DNA from: a virus
Length of the DNA stretch: 64,000 nucleotides
IMG/VR virus record: IMGVR_UViG_3300046779_002131
Coordinates: 1-64,000 of that record
Strand: one strand, 5' to 3'
The position numbers were made by a program, and so were the translations under genes. The notes under the pieces are model-generated. The model made no database searches and was not told the origin of the DNA. It saw nothing but the letters and a program-made list of their open reading frames with translations. Shown piece by piece: positions 43,439 through 54,200 of this stretch. The number at the start of each line of letters is the position of its first letter. The stretch's first letter is position 1.

Positions 43439-46400
43439 TTTTTCTTACCAGATTTCATGTTAGCGCACCAGTGTGCCATTCTTTGTCGCTCACCAGAACT
43501 ATTGCTGGCTATCTTTCTTAATTTACTTATGGACTGTTGGCAATTTACACCCACACGCTTGGCTAGGCCCTTGCGTCCTGGTTTCTTGCCGTCGGCAAAG
43601 TTTTCTTCAAGGTCTGCCTGCTCAACTTCGGCTACAATACTGGCGACTTCTAAAAATGCCGATTCGCTGAGTAAGGTCAATCTATCCATGTCATAGTAAC
43701 TACGATTATTGCTGTTATAGATTACAACATCAAGTCCTTGATCACGATAACTCTGCGCTAATACAGATACTTGTCCCAGTGTTCCAACAACTTGTTCCAT
43801 TACATTGTTGGGATTATCGCGGCCAATAATAGAGAAAGTGCCACGAAGTTGCCGACGAGAATTTACTATCTTTGACTCATCAATTTGTCCTAGAGTTCGT
43901 GGATCGTAGTGTGCTATGCTTTCCTCATCAAAAATTACAGTATTATAACCCTGCCGTTCATAATTCATTGCCACAGCAGCAGCATCTTCAAGTGTACCTG
44001 TGACTATTTCTAAAGTTGTGTCGGCATCGTCTCTGTCAATAATTTCGTATGTTCTACGTTGTGATTGTTGTGCGGCCGGTGAATAACCTGCCTGACTGCG
44101 TGATGCATCTGATTGGCTTGATAGTTCTGCTTGCGGTTGTGCATTATAAACTAATACTAATTGATCGTTAAACACATTAACTGGCTCACCTAATGCATCG
44201 GCCCAACGTTGTGCGGCTTCTCCTGCCATATCGTCATTGGAGTATGTGTCTGAAGCTATTTCGTCGTTAGATACAACACCAATTAAGGTATATTCTTGCT
44301 CTGCACGTGGTGTTGTTGCATTTGTTTCAGCAGCAGGTGTTCCAGTAATGAAGTAAGCACGATTAGTATTCAAATCAAAAATACGAATTTCTTCGCGTGG
44401 AACATCTCGGACAGGTATCAAACTATTTGCCCGCTGCTCGGCCTCCACCCAAGGCATAGGTCTACCAGGAAATAATATTTCACCATTGCGATTATCTACA
44501 ATCTGGAATATACTTGTATGGGGTGCTCTAAAAGGTCCACCACCGGTGCTTGGCTGCTGGGGTTCGGTGGGAGTTTCTGAAATAAATTCACCGGTATGGG
44601 TATATTCCTCGCCAGTACTATCATCCTGCAGGGTATACATCGACGCATCTGCGTCGTCTGTCTCACCGTTTTCTTCAAGCCACTCTGCAAGTTCTTCAAC
44701 GGCTTGCGCCAGAGTGCGATTGTCTATTTCACCAACAACTAATTCTCCATCTTGCAAGATTGAGAAGTCGGTTGTGTATTCATCTGAGTGAGAGAACTGC
44801 GGACGTCTTACTTCATCTACTCCGCCTGCATCGTTTAAACGCCAATATTGATGTCCACCGTCGTCATCATGAATTAAAATGTTTCTTCCATAAGATTGAT
44901 TGCTGATCTCTCTGGCACGAATTACTGCAGAGCTCAGAGTTGACTCACCCATGTCTTCTATTTCATCACCGCTAACTCCTGAAATAATATTAAAGTTACC
45001 TCTTACATCAGGAATATTAGAACTAGAAGTTGATTGAGTATTTGATGCATTCAACAATTGGCCATTACTATCGTACGATAGTCCAGAACTTTCATTGTAG
45101 AACACAAATTCATTGTGCGGAATACTTCTTGTATCTGCATCACGTAAAACATGAGCTCTTGCGTAGTCAAATGATCGTGTACCATTTGTGCGATAGACCA
45201 TACGATCCTGTCCATCTTCACGTCGGTAAACTATCCATTCACCATTGGCAGCACCTTGTACGGCGGTTGGTTGTGACGCTGATTGTTGTCCTCTACCTGC
45301 CCGACGAGCACGGTCTATATATGCTTGGTCAATATAATCATCTTCTTGTCCAATTCTAGAGAGAACCTGTCCAGAACTGGCATTAATGATTCTCAATCTA
45401 CTTGCGAACTCGGGGTTACCAGGGTAAATTGTAGTGGATCTGTCATATAATGTATCAGCGGCCACACGAGGTATCATTGGGTCTGTTATCACCGCAACAA
45501 CTGCACCGGTAGAATCCGCAGGTTGGTTAGTATCAACAATTATCCAAGGGCCGCTGTTACCAGCCGATGATTGCTGTCCACGTTGAGCCATAGTTTCCGC
45601 AGTAACCGGTGTCCCGTCAATGTAGTAAACGCCCCCATTGTCTAAGTCGGTGATGCGTATGACATCTTCGGGAATGTTTTGGTTGAAAGACAGATCACGA
45701 GCTAACATAGCTGTAGATTCCCAACTTCTAACTCTGACCGGTACTAATTGGTTACCATTTCTACCATCAACTATAACATAGCGAGAATTATCTGGTGGTC
45801 TGCCGGTAGATACCTGGGCAGGCCAATTAATTGGTACAACAGTATTTGAATCAAATTGTAAACGTAATGGAAGTCTTTGGCGCCATTGACGTTGAACATC
45901 AGGTGTGGCCTGGTTTAACATATCCGTTACAATTCTAGCAGCGTCTTCAGCAAAGTCAGCACTTATCATTAGTGTTGTGCTGCCACCGTTAACATCAATT
46001 AAGTTCATTGCCCGTCGTTCAGGCGCAGAGGATCTTTCTGGTTGTAGTTCAGCAGCACGTTGCTGTGCCTGTTGCTGGGCAGCCTGTCGTGCGCTGATCA
46101 ATTGGTCCTGCGCTTTTTTAACAATTTCACGTACTAAAGATTTAAAAATTGGATCGTCTTTGTTTAGTTGTTGTTTTGAACTTCTAATACCCACTGCAAT
46201 TTTTGTGCCGCTAAGGTATACGCCAAAGGAATCATTTAAATTATACTGCTGGTTCATGGTAGTTAAACCACGGACTGTTGTTGGAAAAACTGTGTAGCTA
46301 ACAAATCTAGAAGGGTCCGCTGCCTCAATTTTTTCTCTAGTTTCAGGGCGCCAGGTGCGGGCTGCAACCATTCGGTCTTTGGCCTCTTGACTGTTTCTTT

Positions 46401-48186
46401 GAACATTGGTTATGTCAATATCGTCTGTGGCGTATTGTTTACGAACTGCCATAGTAAGATCCACGAAACTGTATTCTTTATCTTCTAACAAATATAGATC
46501 TTGGGTGTAGACAGCGACACCCGATTCTCTTATTTTTTTAATCAGTTGTCGTGGATCATCAGCTTTTTCAGTCTTTTTAGGTTGTATAAAACGTGAGACT
46601 TTGTTAAGATATTCATCGCGATAGGCATCGGGGTCAGACGCAATGACCATGGAACGCACAAATCGTCCAACTACATTTTCTACATCCTCTGCTCGGTTCA
46701 AGTAATCGCCGCCGGCGTGCCTAAAACTTACGTACTTTGAATTTTCCGAGCTAACACTGGCCATGTGATTGCTACTGATATCTCGAACAATTTCTTTGAG
46801 TTTTTTCATAGGATCCGGAGTGTTTTCCCAATCGCGACCACTACCTCGGTTCTCTAATGATTTAATTACACTGTTGGCATAACTGTTGTTTTCTCGGCCA
46901 AACTGTTTTAGCACATGTTCATCGCCCACAAACGTTGCTAATTTAAGTACATCTAGACTTCGGGGAATACTGACATTGATATGTAAGCCGGTTTTGTTGT
47001 TGGCACTGGTATAAAAACCATTTTCTCTAGCAACTTGATAAAAGTTTTTTAGAACTCGAATAGCCTCAGGAGCAGGCAGTGGCGGGCCAACTATTTCGCA
47101 CGAACCATCATCGCCATTTGGTCTTAGGCTACCATCAGGTTCAATGTACCAGTCGGTTAGGTTTTTAGTGCCACCGTGGTAACTGTTAAAAATATGTACT
47201 GGACGATTGAATACTGGAAAAATTACATTTTTAACAAAGTCTGCGGTACGACGATACATGTTACTACTACTTCTATATCTATCTGGATCGTAATCTGGGT
47301 TATAGCCGCCAAGCACATTATTAACAGCCTTGGCTTTACCAGTGATAACCTTCCAAGGACCAGACATGAGACGGGCCATTTGCACAGAGCCGTATTTGAT
47401 TTTTACCCATTGAGCAAATTGGTCTCGACTATCAGCTGTGTCAAACATGTAAGCATGCCCTATTCGATCACGAACAGCGTCTAGTAATGCGTCCCAGAAA
47501 ATTCTTTCTGCATTCATGTGCGCTACTTCTGAGTTTTGGTGCTCAAATCCATGTTCGCGCCGAGCCTCATAGTAACGATCGCTGTAATGACGATACTTTT
47601 CTGAAATAACTGATGTAATTCTGCTATTCGCATCCGAAGGATTGCTTATAGTAAAGTTAGTAAAAGATTCGGCATTATCAAAATCAATATCGTTAGATTT
47701 TAGGTATTCTTTGACTTCTGCGGCTCGTTGTTCTTTAGTCTTTATCCACTCAGTCAGTTCTCCATCGTAATTACGCTGTACTAATCTTGTGTAGGCTTTG
47801 GCAATGGATTCATCAAACAAACTAGAATATGTTGCAAACACTGTATCTTTGCAGTATGAATCTAGAATTTTTTTAGTAGCAGGTTCAATACCAGGCACAG
47901 GTTCTTCTGATGCTATGAGTTGATCAAATGACGTTCTTACGTGTGTGACTCTTTCAAGTTTTTGCAACCAACCTTTGACAGTCATCGTGCCCCAGTTTAC
48001 TACAGGTTCTTGTTCGGCAACTTCTCGACCGCGATTTTCCCAGGCAACCACTCGCTCTTTAGGAACGCAAACTTCAAATTCAAAGCCCACTAGAACGCCT
48101 AGGTCGCCACCTTCCTTGACCGCCTGGCGGAAAACCGTGGGACTCATTCTTGCTTCGTACAGCGGATCAATTTCGTTAAATTTCAT
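43435..48186 (-). CDS. 1583-aa COOH-NH2 ligase (amidoligase_2-like) with about 10 C-terminal divergent repeats
   Basis: GFEFEV, WYIEPDGSL, CEIVGPPL, TGLHINVS and VSFRHAGG. Confidence 0.75.
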   Translation of the reverse strand: MKFNEIDPLYEARMSPTVFRQAVKEGGDLGVLVGFEFEVCVPKERVVAWENRGREVAEQEPVVNWGTMTVKGWLQKLERVTHVRTSFDQLIASEEPVPGIEPATKKILDSYCKDTVFATYSSLFDESIAKAYTRLVQRNYDGELTEWIKTKEQRAAEVKEYLKSNDIDFDNAESFTNFTISNPSDANSRITSVISEKYRHYSDRYYEARREHGFEHQNSEVAHMNAERIFWDALLDAVRDRIGHAYMFDTADSRDQFAQWVKIKYGSVQMARLMSGPWKVITGKAKAVNNVLGGYNPDYDPDRYRSSSNMYRRTADFVKNVIFPVFNRPVHIFNSYHGGTKNLTDWYIEPDGSLRPNGDDGSCEIVGPPLPAPEAIRVLKNFYQVARENGFYTSANNKTGLHINVSIPRSLDVLKLATFVGDEHVLKQFGRENNSYANSVIKSLENRGSGRDWENTPDPMKKLKEIVRDISSNHMASVSSENSKYVSFRHAGGDYLNRAEDVENVVGRFVRSMVIASDPDAYRDEYLNKVSRFIQPKKTEKADDPRQLIKKIRESGVAVYTQDLYLLEDKEYSFVDLTMAVRKQYATDDIDITNVQRNSQEAKDRMVAARTWRPETREKIEAADPSRFVSYTVFPTTVRGLTTMNQQYNLNDSFGVYLSGTKIAVGIRSSKQQLNKDDPIFKSLVREIVKKAQDQLISARQAAQQQAQQRAAELQPERSSAPERRAMNLIDVNGGSTTLMISADFAEDAARIVTDMLNQATPDVQRQWRQRLPLRLQFDSNTVVPINWPAQVSTGRPPDNSRYVIVDGRNGNQLVPVRVRSWESTAMLARDLSFNQNIPEDVIRITDLDNGGVYYIDGTPVTAETMAQRGQQSSAGNSGPWIIVDTNQPADSTGAVVAVITDPMIPRVAADTLYDRSTTIYPGNPEFASRLRIINASSGQVLSRIGQEDDYIDQAYIDRARRAGRGQQSASQPTAVQGAANGEWIVYRREDGQDRMVYRTNGTRSFDYARAHVLRDADTRSIPHNEFVFYNESSGLSYDSNGQLLNASNTQSTSSSNIPDVRGNFNIISGVSGDEIEDMGESTLSSAVIRAREISNQSYGRNILIHDDDGGHQYWRLNDAGGVDEVRRPQFSHSDEYTTDFSILQDGELVVGEIDNRTLAQAVEELAEWLEENGETDDADASMYTLQDDSTGEEYTHTGEFISETPTEPQQPSTGGGPFRAPHTSIFQIVDNRNGEILFPGRPMPWVEAEQRANSLIPVRDVPREEIRIFDLNTNRAYFITGTPAAETNATTPRAEQEYTLIGVVSNDEIASDTYSNDDMAGEAAQRWADALGEPVNVFNDQLVLVYNAQPQAELSSQSDASRSQAGYSPAAQQSQRRTYEIIDRDDADTTLEIVTGTLEDAAAVAMNYERQGYNTVIFDEESIAHYDPRTLGQIDESKIVNSRRQLRGTFSIIGRDNPNNVMEQVVGTLGQVSVLAQSYRDQGLDVVIYNSNNRSYYDMDRLTLLSESAFLEVASIVAEVEQADLEENFADGKKPGRKGLAKRVGVNCQQSISKLRKIASNSSGERQRMAHWCANMKSGKKK

Positions 48187-50723
48187 TTTCGTTTTTTTGG
48201 TTGTGCTCGTAGTCTTTTCATTATAGGCGCTGCAATGGCTTTAATGTAATTTATCGTCGCAGGATGACCGGGTGGCAAGCGCGAATCTGTAAAAGTATAA
48301 AACTTGTAGCTATTCTGCGCAGTTCTTCCTACATCGTTGGTGCTAGGAACAAGAAACTCAGGTGGCCGAATAAATGTAGTTCTTGTAAAGTTGGCCAAGG
48401 GCCATGCTTGAATTCTTTCGCGATTGCCTGGAGCACGAATTCTATCTAGCATGGTTTGTCTTGCTGCTTCACTATTGGCTTCAACAGACACCTGCTGCAT
48501 TTCTCTGGTTTTACCTGGCCTAATAGGACCAACACCAGCAGTGTCCTGGACAATAACAGGAATACCATTCATACGAATATCGTTAATAACAGCCATCAAT
48601 CTCCGTTGATCAGCTTTGAGACTGCTGCCTCCAGGTAGTTGAGGTTGTTCGGGAAATAGTTTAGTTAACTTTGTCAAGTATTCGTTTCTATATGCCGTGG
48701 GATCTGCGGCAATGACCATGGCCTGAATAAATCTACCCACAGTGTTGGTGACACCTTGGGGGTCTTTGAGATAAGCTCCTCCGGCATGTCTAAAGCTAAC
48801 ATATTTTCCGTTATAGTTGATACTAGCAGTGTGATTTCCTGAAATATTCTTTGCTATGTCAACAAGTTTTGCTAGGTCTCGAGGTTTAGCAGCCACTTTG
48901 CCGCTGCCTTGAGTTCGTATATCTCGCATAACACTTCGAGCGTAACCTGATTGTTGTCGACCATAATGTTTTAACACATATTGATCGCCCAGCAGCACAG
49001 CTAATTTCAACACATCTATGTTCTTGGGTATACTGACATTGATATGCAAGCCGGTGCTAGAATTTGTATATAATTTTAGATTTTCGGCAATACTAAAAAA
49101 CTTATTCAACACCGTCATGGCTTCGGCGGCAGGATATGGTGGACTCACAATCTCGGCTGTGGCGTCATCGGGCGCACTGGCATCTAGGCTTCCATCAGGT
49201 TCTACGTACCAATCGGTTAAATTTTTCACTCGCTGATGATAGTCATCGAATACAACTACATTTTTTTGATATGTGGCTTCAAGTTGTGCCTTTAAGATTT
49301 TGGCAGCTTTCCGATATTCTGGATCCCAATCTTCATCTTCGTCATCGCCCCGTTCGTAGTAATCAAGCTCAAGATAATCATAAGCAGCTTGAGGATTGTC
49401 AAAGGTAAAATAGTCTAAGAAATTGTTCTCAACGTCGTACGACGTTACACCCAATGCCCAGGCCAGAACTTCAACTAACCGATTTGGTTGTTGACCTAAC
49501 TTGCGTAAGTATAGTCCTTGATTTGCTGTATAACCACGAGATGCATAGAACACTTTTTGTCCAAACTCTCTTGCAAACTTGTACTGTTTGCCCAGCCTTG
49601 ACATACGACGGTAACTTGCATTTTGTTCAAGTTCGTCCTTGACTGTACGCACATGCTGAGTGCGCAATCTTTGCGGTATTGCGTCAAACGCAGCAATGAG
49701 GTCAGTCAGTTGCGCCTCCATCATTGCTTGGCGCATGGTTTTTACATTGGGCCAATTGATATTGGAATTTTTAAACTTAAACACATCAAGAAATTTGCCA
49801 AATTCCTGATCTTCAATATCAAAACGGTCTATGTTCGGGTCGTGGTCATGTATCAGTTCTATAACTCGAGCCCTGGTAAGTTCTGGCTGTGGTTGTGGTG
49901 TATTTGCGATGGGTTGGTTCTGAATGGTTTCTTCGGGAATACACACTTCAAATTCGTATCCCACTAACACACCCTCAGTTTGCCCTTGAGCCACTGCTTG
50001 TCGAAATGCCGTGGGATTCATGGCAACTTCATCAACTTCAGTGCCCGGGACCGAAGTACCATACACAATAGAGTTGGGGTTAATGTTTAAATTTTGAGCC
50101 AATTGTTTGATCACTAGATCAACTTTGTTAGCCGGAACTTGTGATTTTATTAAGCGTCGAATAGGATCACCCTGACGATTTTTACCACTGACATAGACAT
50201 CTACAGGTTCGTCACCAAAGATAATACGTCCTTCCTGGACAGTAGTTGCTAGATCAAACAGCGGACCGCGCACATATCCCTGCGTTCCTTGTGCATTCAG
50301 TCCTTGTTGTAGATGCTTAATTATTTCCGGGGTAAGGTCGCGATTACGTAGTCCACCACGTGGAAACAAATGTACTTCTATGGGATTGTTGCCTTCGGCT
50401 GCAGCCGCAGCATACATTCTATGGCGACCATCATGTCCAATTACCGAGGCAGGCTCGGAGAAATCTCCTGAGAACCAGGCTTCGGGAATACGTAAATCAA
50501 GAAACGGAGCGCCGATACCAGGATCGTCAAGGTGTTGACCAATGTACTTAATAGTCGCACGATCGTCAACGGTTTTGCGACCAATAGGTAGTGCTAGTTT
50601 TAAAAATGTCAGGGGTTTCATCAGCACACGCAGGCCAACATAGTCGACATTTTGATTGTTGGGCGTTGCACCAAGGCCGGCTTGATTGTTGATTCGTAAT
50701 TCGTTTAAGTCCCAGGCTCGCAT
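48183..50723 (-). CDS. 846-aa ParB/Srx-like N-terminal domain plus COOH-NH2 ligase (amidoligase_2-like)
   Basis: IGHDGRHR; GYEFEV, WYVEPDGSL, AEIVSPP, TNSSTGLHINVS and VSFRHAGG. Confidence 0.75.
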   Translation of the reverse strand: MRAWDLNELRINNQAGLGATPNNQNVDYVGLRVLMKPLTFLKLALPIGRKTVDDRATIKYIGQHLDDPGIGAPFLDLRIPEAWFSGDFSEPASVIGHDGRHRMYAAAAAEGNNPIEVHLFPRGGLRNRDLTPEIIKHLQQGLNAQGTQGYVRGPLFDLATTVQEGRIIFGDEPVDVYVSGKNRQGDPIRRLIKSQVPANKVDLVIKQLAQNLNINPNSIVYGTSVPGTEVDEVAMNPTAFRQAVAQGQTEGVLVGYEFEVCIPEETIQNQPIANTPQPQPELTRARVIELIHDHDPNIDRFDIEDQEFGKFLDVFKFKNSNINWPNVKTMRQAMMEAQLTDLIAAFDAIPQRLRTQHVRTVKDELEQNASYRRMSRLGKQYKFAREFGQKVFYASRGYTANQGLYLRKLGQQPNRLVEVLAWALGVTSYDVENNFLDYFTFDNPQAAYDYLELDYYERGDDEDEDWDPEYRKAAKILKAQLEATYQKNVVVFDDYHQRVKNLTDWYVEPDGSLDASAPDDATAEIVSPPYPAAEAMTVLNKFFSIAENLKLYTNSSTGLHINVSIPKNIDVLKLAVLLGDQYVLKHYGRQQSGYARSVMRDIRTQGSGKVAAKPRDLAKLVDIAKNISGNHTASINYNGKYVSFRHAGGAYLKDPQGVTNTVGRFIQAMVIAADPTAYRNEYLTKLTKLFPEQPQLPGGSSLKADQRRLMAVINDIRMNGIPVIVQDTAGVGPIRPGKTREMQQVSVEANSEAARQTMLDRIRAPGNRERIQAWPLANFTRTTFIRPPEFLVPSTNDVGRTAQNSYKFYTFTDSRLPPGHPATINYIKAIAAPIMKRLRAQPKKRK

Positions 50724-50724
50724 A

Positions 50725-51201
50725 TTAGTCTAGATCTTCAGGTGCTTCGTCAGGGCCAATTGCATCCAAGGCACGTTTTAGTTGTGTCAAAGGCAAATTA
50801 GCATTGTCATACCCACGCACAATGCGTTGTAGATAACTCTGTGTGGGCACACGACCTTGTAGTCGTTCTCGTGTTTCCGGAGTCATGGTGTAGACAAAGG
50901 CTTCGTAGCGTTGTGCATTACACACCACAGGTACTGCTTTGCGATCATACAAGTAAGGATAGCCTTCGGTTTGATCTAGTTGTGATAAAAACTCTCGAGA
51001 CACTGACCATAACACGCCGTCCACTGCACCGCGCTCGGGAAATACATTGGCATAACCACAGAATTCAAAATTAAAATTAGGTAGCTTTGCGCCGCCAATG
51101 AATTCAGCTGCGTCCATAATTTCAGGATCCGTGAGCATGCCGTAGGCAAAATAATAAATTGGTAATGCGCCGGCTTCGGTTAGTATGTCATGGATTTTCA
51201 T
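50725..51201 (-). CDS. gamma-glutamylcyclotransferase (AIG2/GGCT-like)
   Basis: YYFAYGML, VDGVLW, LDQTEGYPYLY, AFVY and YLQRIVRGY. Confidence 0.85.
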   Translation of the reverse strand: MKIHDILTEAGALPIYYFAYGMLTDPEIMDAAEFIGGAKLPNFNFEFCGYANVFPERGAVDGVLWSVSREFLSQLDQTEGYPYLYDRKAVPVVCNAQRYEAFVYTMTPETRERLQGRVPTQSYLQRIVRGYDNANLPLTQLKRALDAIGPDEAPEDLD

Positions 51202-51240
51202 TTTTAGATTCTCTTGTTTATATATCCAATATTATTTTGG

Positions 51241-54200
51241 CTATCTTGCTGGTACCACCATAAACTCGCCACTGCCTAGTAAACCATTTTGTCTCAACCA
51301 GTTAGCAGCATACTGATTAGCTTCGCCTTGGTTGCTGCGATGTACAAAACTATACACTTCTCTATCGTTTTGATCCAACACTAACCAACGTGTGTTACCT
51401 GGCGGCAAGCTTTCTGTTCCTTGAGCTTGATTTCTCCAGCCCGGCTGCGGTATTTCTTCAGCTTCAATAGATTCAACATTGTTGCCATTGCGTATTAGTA
51501 TTGAATGAACTCGTTCCATAGCAGCATTGGCATTTCTTGCAGTAATGTTAACGCTATTCAACGTAGTATGTGTGCCATCGTTTACAGTATAAGTTACTCT
51601 AAACTGTGGATTATTTTCTTCACCGGGCTCTGTGGGCACAGTGTGCCTTGGACGCATTAGAGGTCGCAGATAGTATGGATCGTCAAATCCGGTATCTAAA
51701 GCCCATCTTCTCCCATATACTTCTGCATCTCTTATGGCATTGCCTACACCTGAGAATTGATGTACTACTTCGTCAGTAGTACGCGACACAATTTCCCAGG
51801 TACCCGAGAACTCTTGATCAGCCGATGCTGCACGTTGTCTTGCTAGTTCTGCAGTTGATCCAGGAATACCACGACCTTCGATTCTACGTACATTATATCT
51901 ACTTCGATCGTCACGATCGCGCCCGGATAACCAATCATTGAATTTACGTCTTGCTTCTTCATCAGTGTTGGCAATAAATCTAAATACCGGTATCTGGTTG
52001 TCTAAATTTATGATTTCATAGTTAGCATCGGTACTCTGTTCACCACCTACTGCACCACCTGGCCGCATTACAACGCCATACGGCGATTCAATACTGTCAA
52101 TGGTATATTCATCAATTTGATCTTGACTATATCCTCGACTACGTAGTGTACGCCACAATGCCGCAGCAGCTTGTGAAAAATCGTTGCCTACATCAGGTGT
52201 TTGGAAACGCACGTTGTAGATACTGGGATATCTAGCATCTTTTAATCTGGCTATGTATTCAACACTGCCTCCAGGCACAGGCATTTCGGGTCTTTGCTGT
52301 GCTACACCCTGAATTTTTCGTGCGAGATCTGCTTTGCGAGTTTTAATATCTTTAGGTACACCGTCAACTTCACGATAGTCAATATATAACCAATCCTTTT
52401 GGTCAAAGTTGTTAATGATATAGTTAGGCATGTCATAGATGTTGGCATCAACCTGTCCAAGCACTTCGTCGGGGCGACGCTCATCAAATATTTCCCAGGT
52501 ACGCACTGAGGTGTCTTGAGGATCTGTGGTATGTAGAACTTTAGAAGCCCACTCGTTTTTTAATTGTTCGCCGGTTATACCACCAGCACTGTAGGAAGCA
52601 AACATTTTCATCATGGCACTGTCGCCTTCGGGTGCCAATAGTTTGTAAAGTTTTTTACCATACTCTTGACGTTCGGCACTGGGATCGCCGGCAATTTGCA
52701 TAGCACGAGCTAGACGTAAAAATGTTGTGTTTAATTCTTCGTTAGATTTGTCTAGGTAGTCTCCGCCGGGTCCACGGAACTCTATGTAACTTGGCTTGCC
52801 CTTGTCGTCGCGATGTACATGCGCTGACTGATATTTGTTTCTACCACCTTCTCCATGTAAGAAATTTCTAGTGGCAAGTTCTATTAGATTCTTGCGCATT
52901 AGTTCAAACGCATCGGGTATCTTTTTCAAGCCGGCTTTTTTAGCACTGGCAACATAGTCTGCAAGTTTTGTCATTGAGCTTGAACAAAAGTGTATGGCTG
53001 TACGTCCAAATTGTTCTAGTACGTGCTGGTCACCCATGAATAACAATAATTTAACATAGTCAACGTCGGCTCCGCGATGAGGTATTGATATGTTCATGTG
53101 CAGACCTGTGCTGCTGTTGGTATAGCCTCCAATGTCTCGAGCCCATTCCATAACTTTGTCCATGTCCGACAAGGTCTTGCTCAAGGTCTGTTCGGGACTG
53201 ACAACTTCAAATCCAGCATCAATGTCATCATCAGGGTGAATACTGGAATCGCCTTCAATAATCCAAAGTCCGGGCTCACGTCGGATACTGTGATATCCAG
53301 TGCTCATTTTAACACGCATGTTGACGGCAGCAGCAAGACTAGTTCTAATTTCGTCGGGGTTGCGACTGCCGGCGTTGCCACCCGTTTCGGTCATGTAAGG
53401 CCAACTGAGGTCAAAAGAGTTTCCAATATCACTCATGTAGCCATATTCACTACGTAAAAAGTCTCGTTCGGAATTGTTGTCCATGAATTCGGCACGGTAC
53501 TCATCATAGAATTCTTCCCAAGGTGAGCTAGATTTTTTTTCGTACTGATCCTGTATTTCATCCTCAAATGCAATTCTTGCCTCAGTCTCAGCACGTTGGT
53601 ATTCGGCATACAAGGGATGGTCTACATTTTCTAATCTGCCGGCTTCAAGAGCATCACTGGCTTCGGCGCCCTCAATATCTGCGTTGTAGAGTTCATCACC
53701 TATTAGATCTTCACGACGATTAGGCCATTCATTTTCCCACATCCAGGTTGAAAATTCGTTAAAAAGATTGTCGTCAATTTTATTGTCGATCCACTCATAG
53801 TATTCACTAGTTAAATCACTTCTCAAACGTTCTTGTTGACTTCGCGTTAGGCCATAGCCCCACTCATCATCGCTGAAGAAATCAACTACATCGTCAATAT
53901 CGCCAGGGCGCTGATCAGCATCGTAGTCAGGCTCTAGTTCACTTTCACCTTCTTCGTCATAGGTGTCTCGAAAACATAATTCGGCTTCAAATCCAGCATG
54001 TATGTCTTGGGCTTCAGGACTACGTGCCCATGCTTCAAGAGCTCGGGGAGTCATGGCAACTTCAAACAGCTCCTCACTTTCACGCAACAACGGCGGTGTA
54101 CCATCTCTGGCAATCTTCCATCCCAGCTTCTTGGCGTTCTTTTGCATGGAGTCAGGACGTATATCCACAGTGAGAGCCATTGAAAAACGTGGATCGTCTT

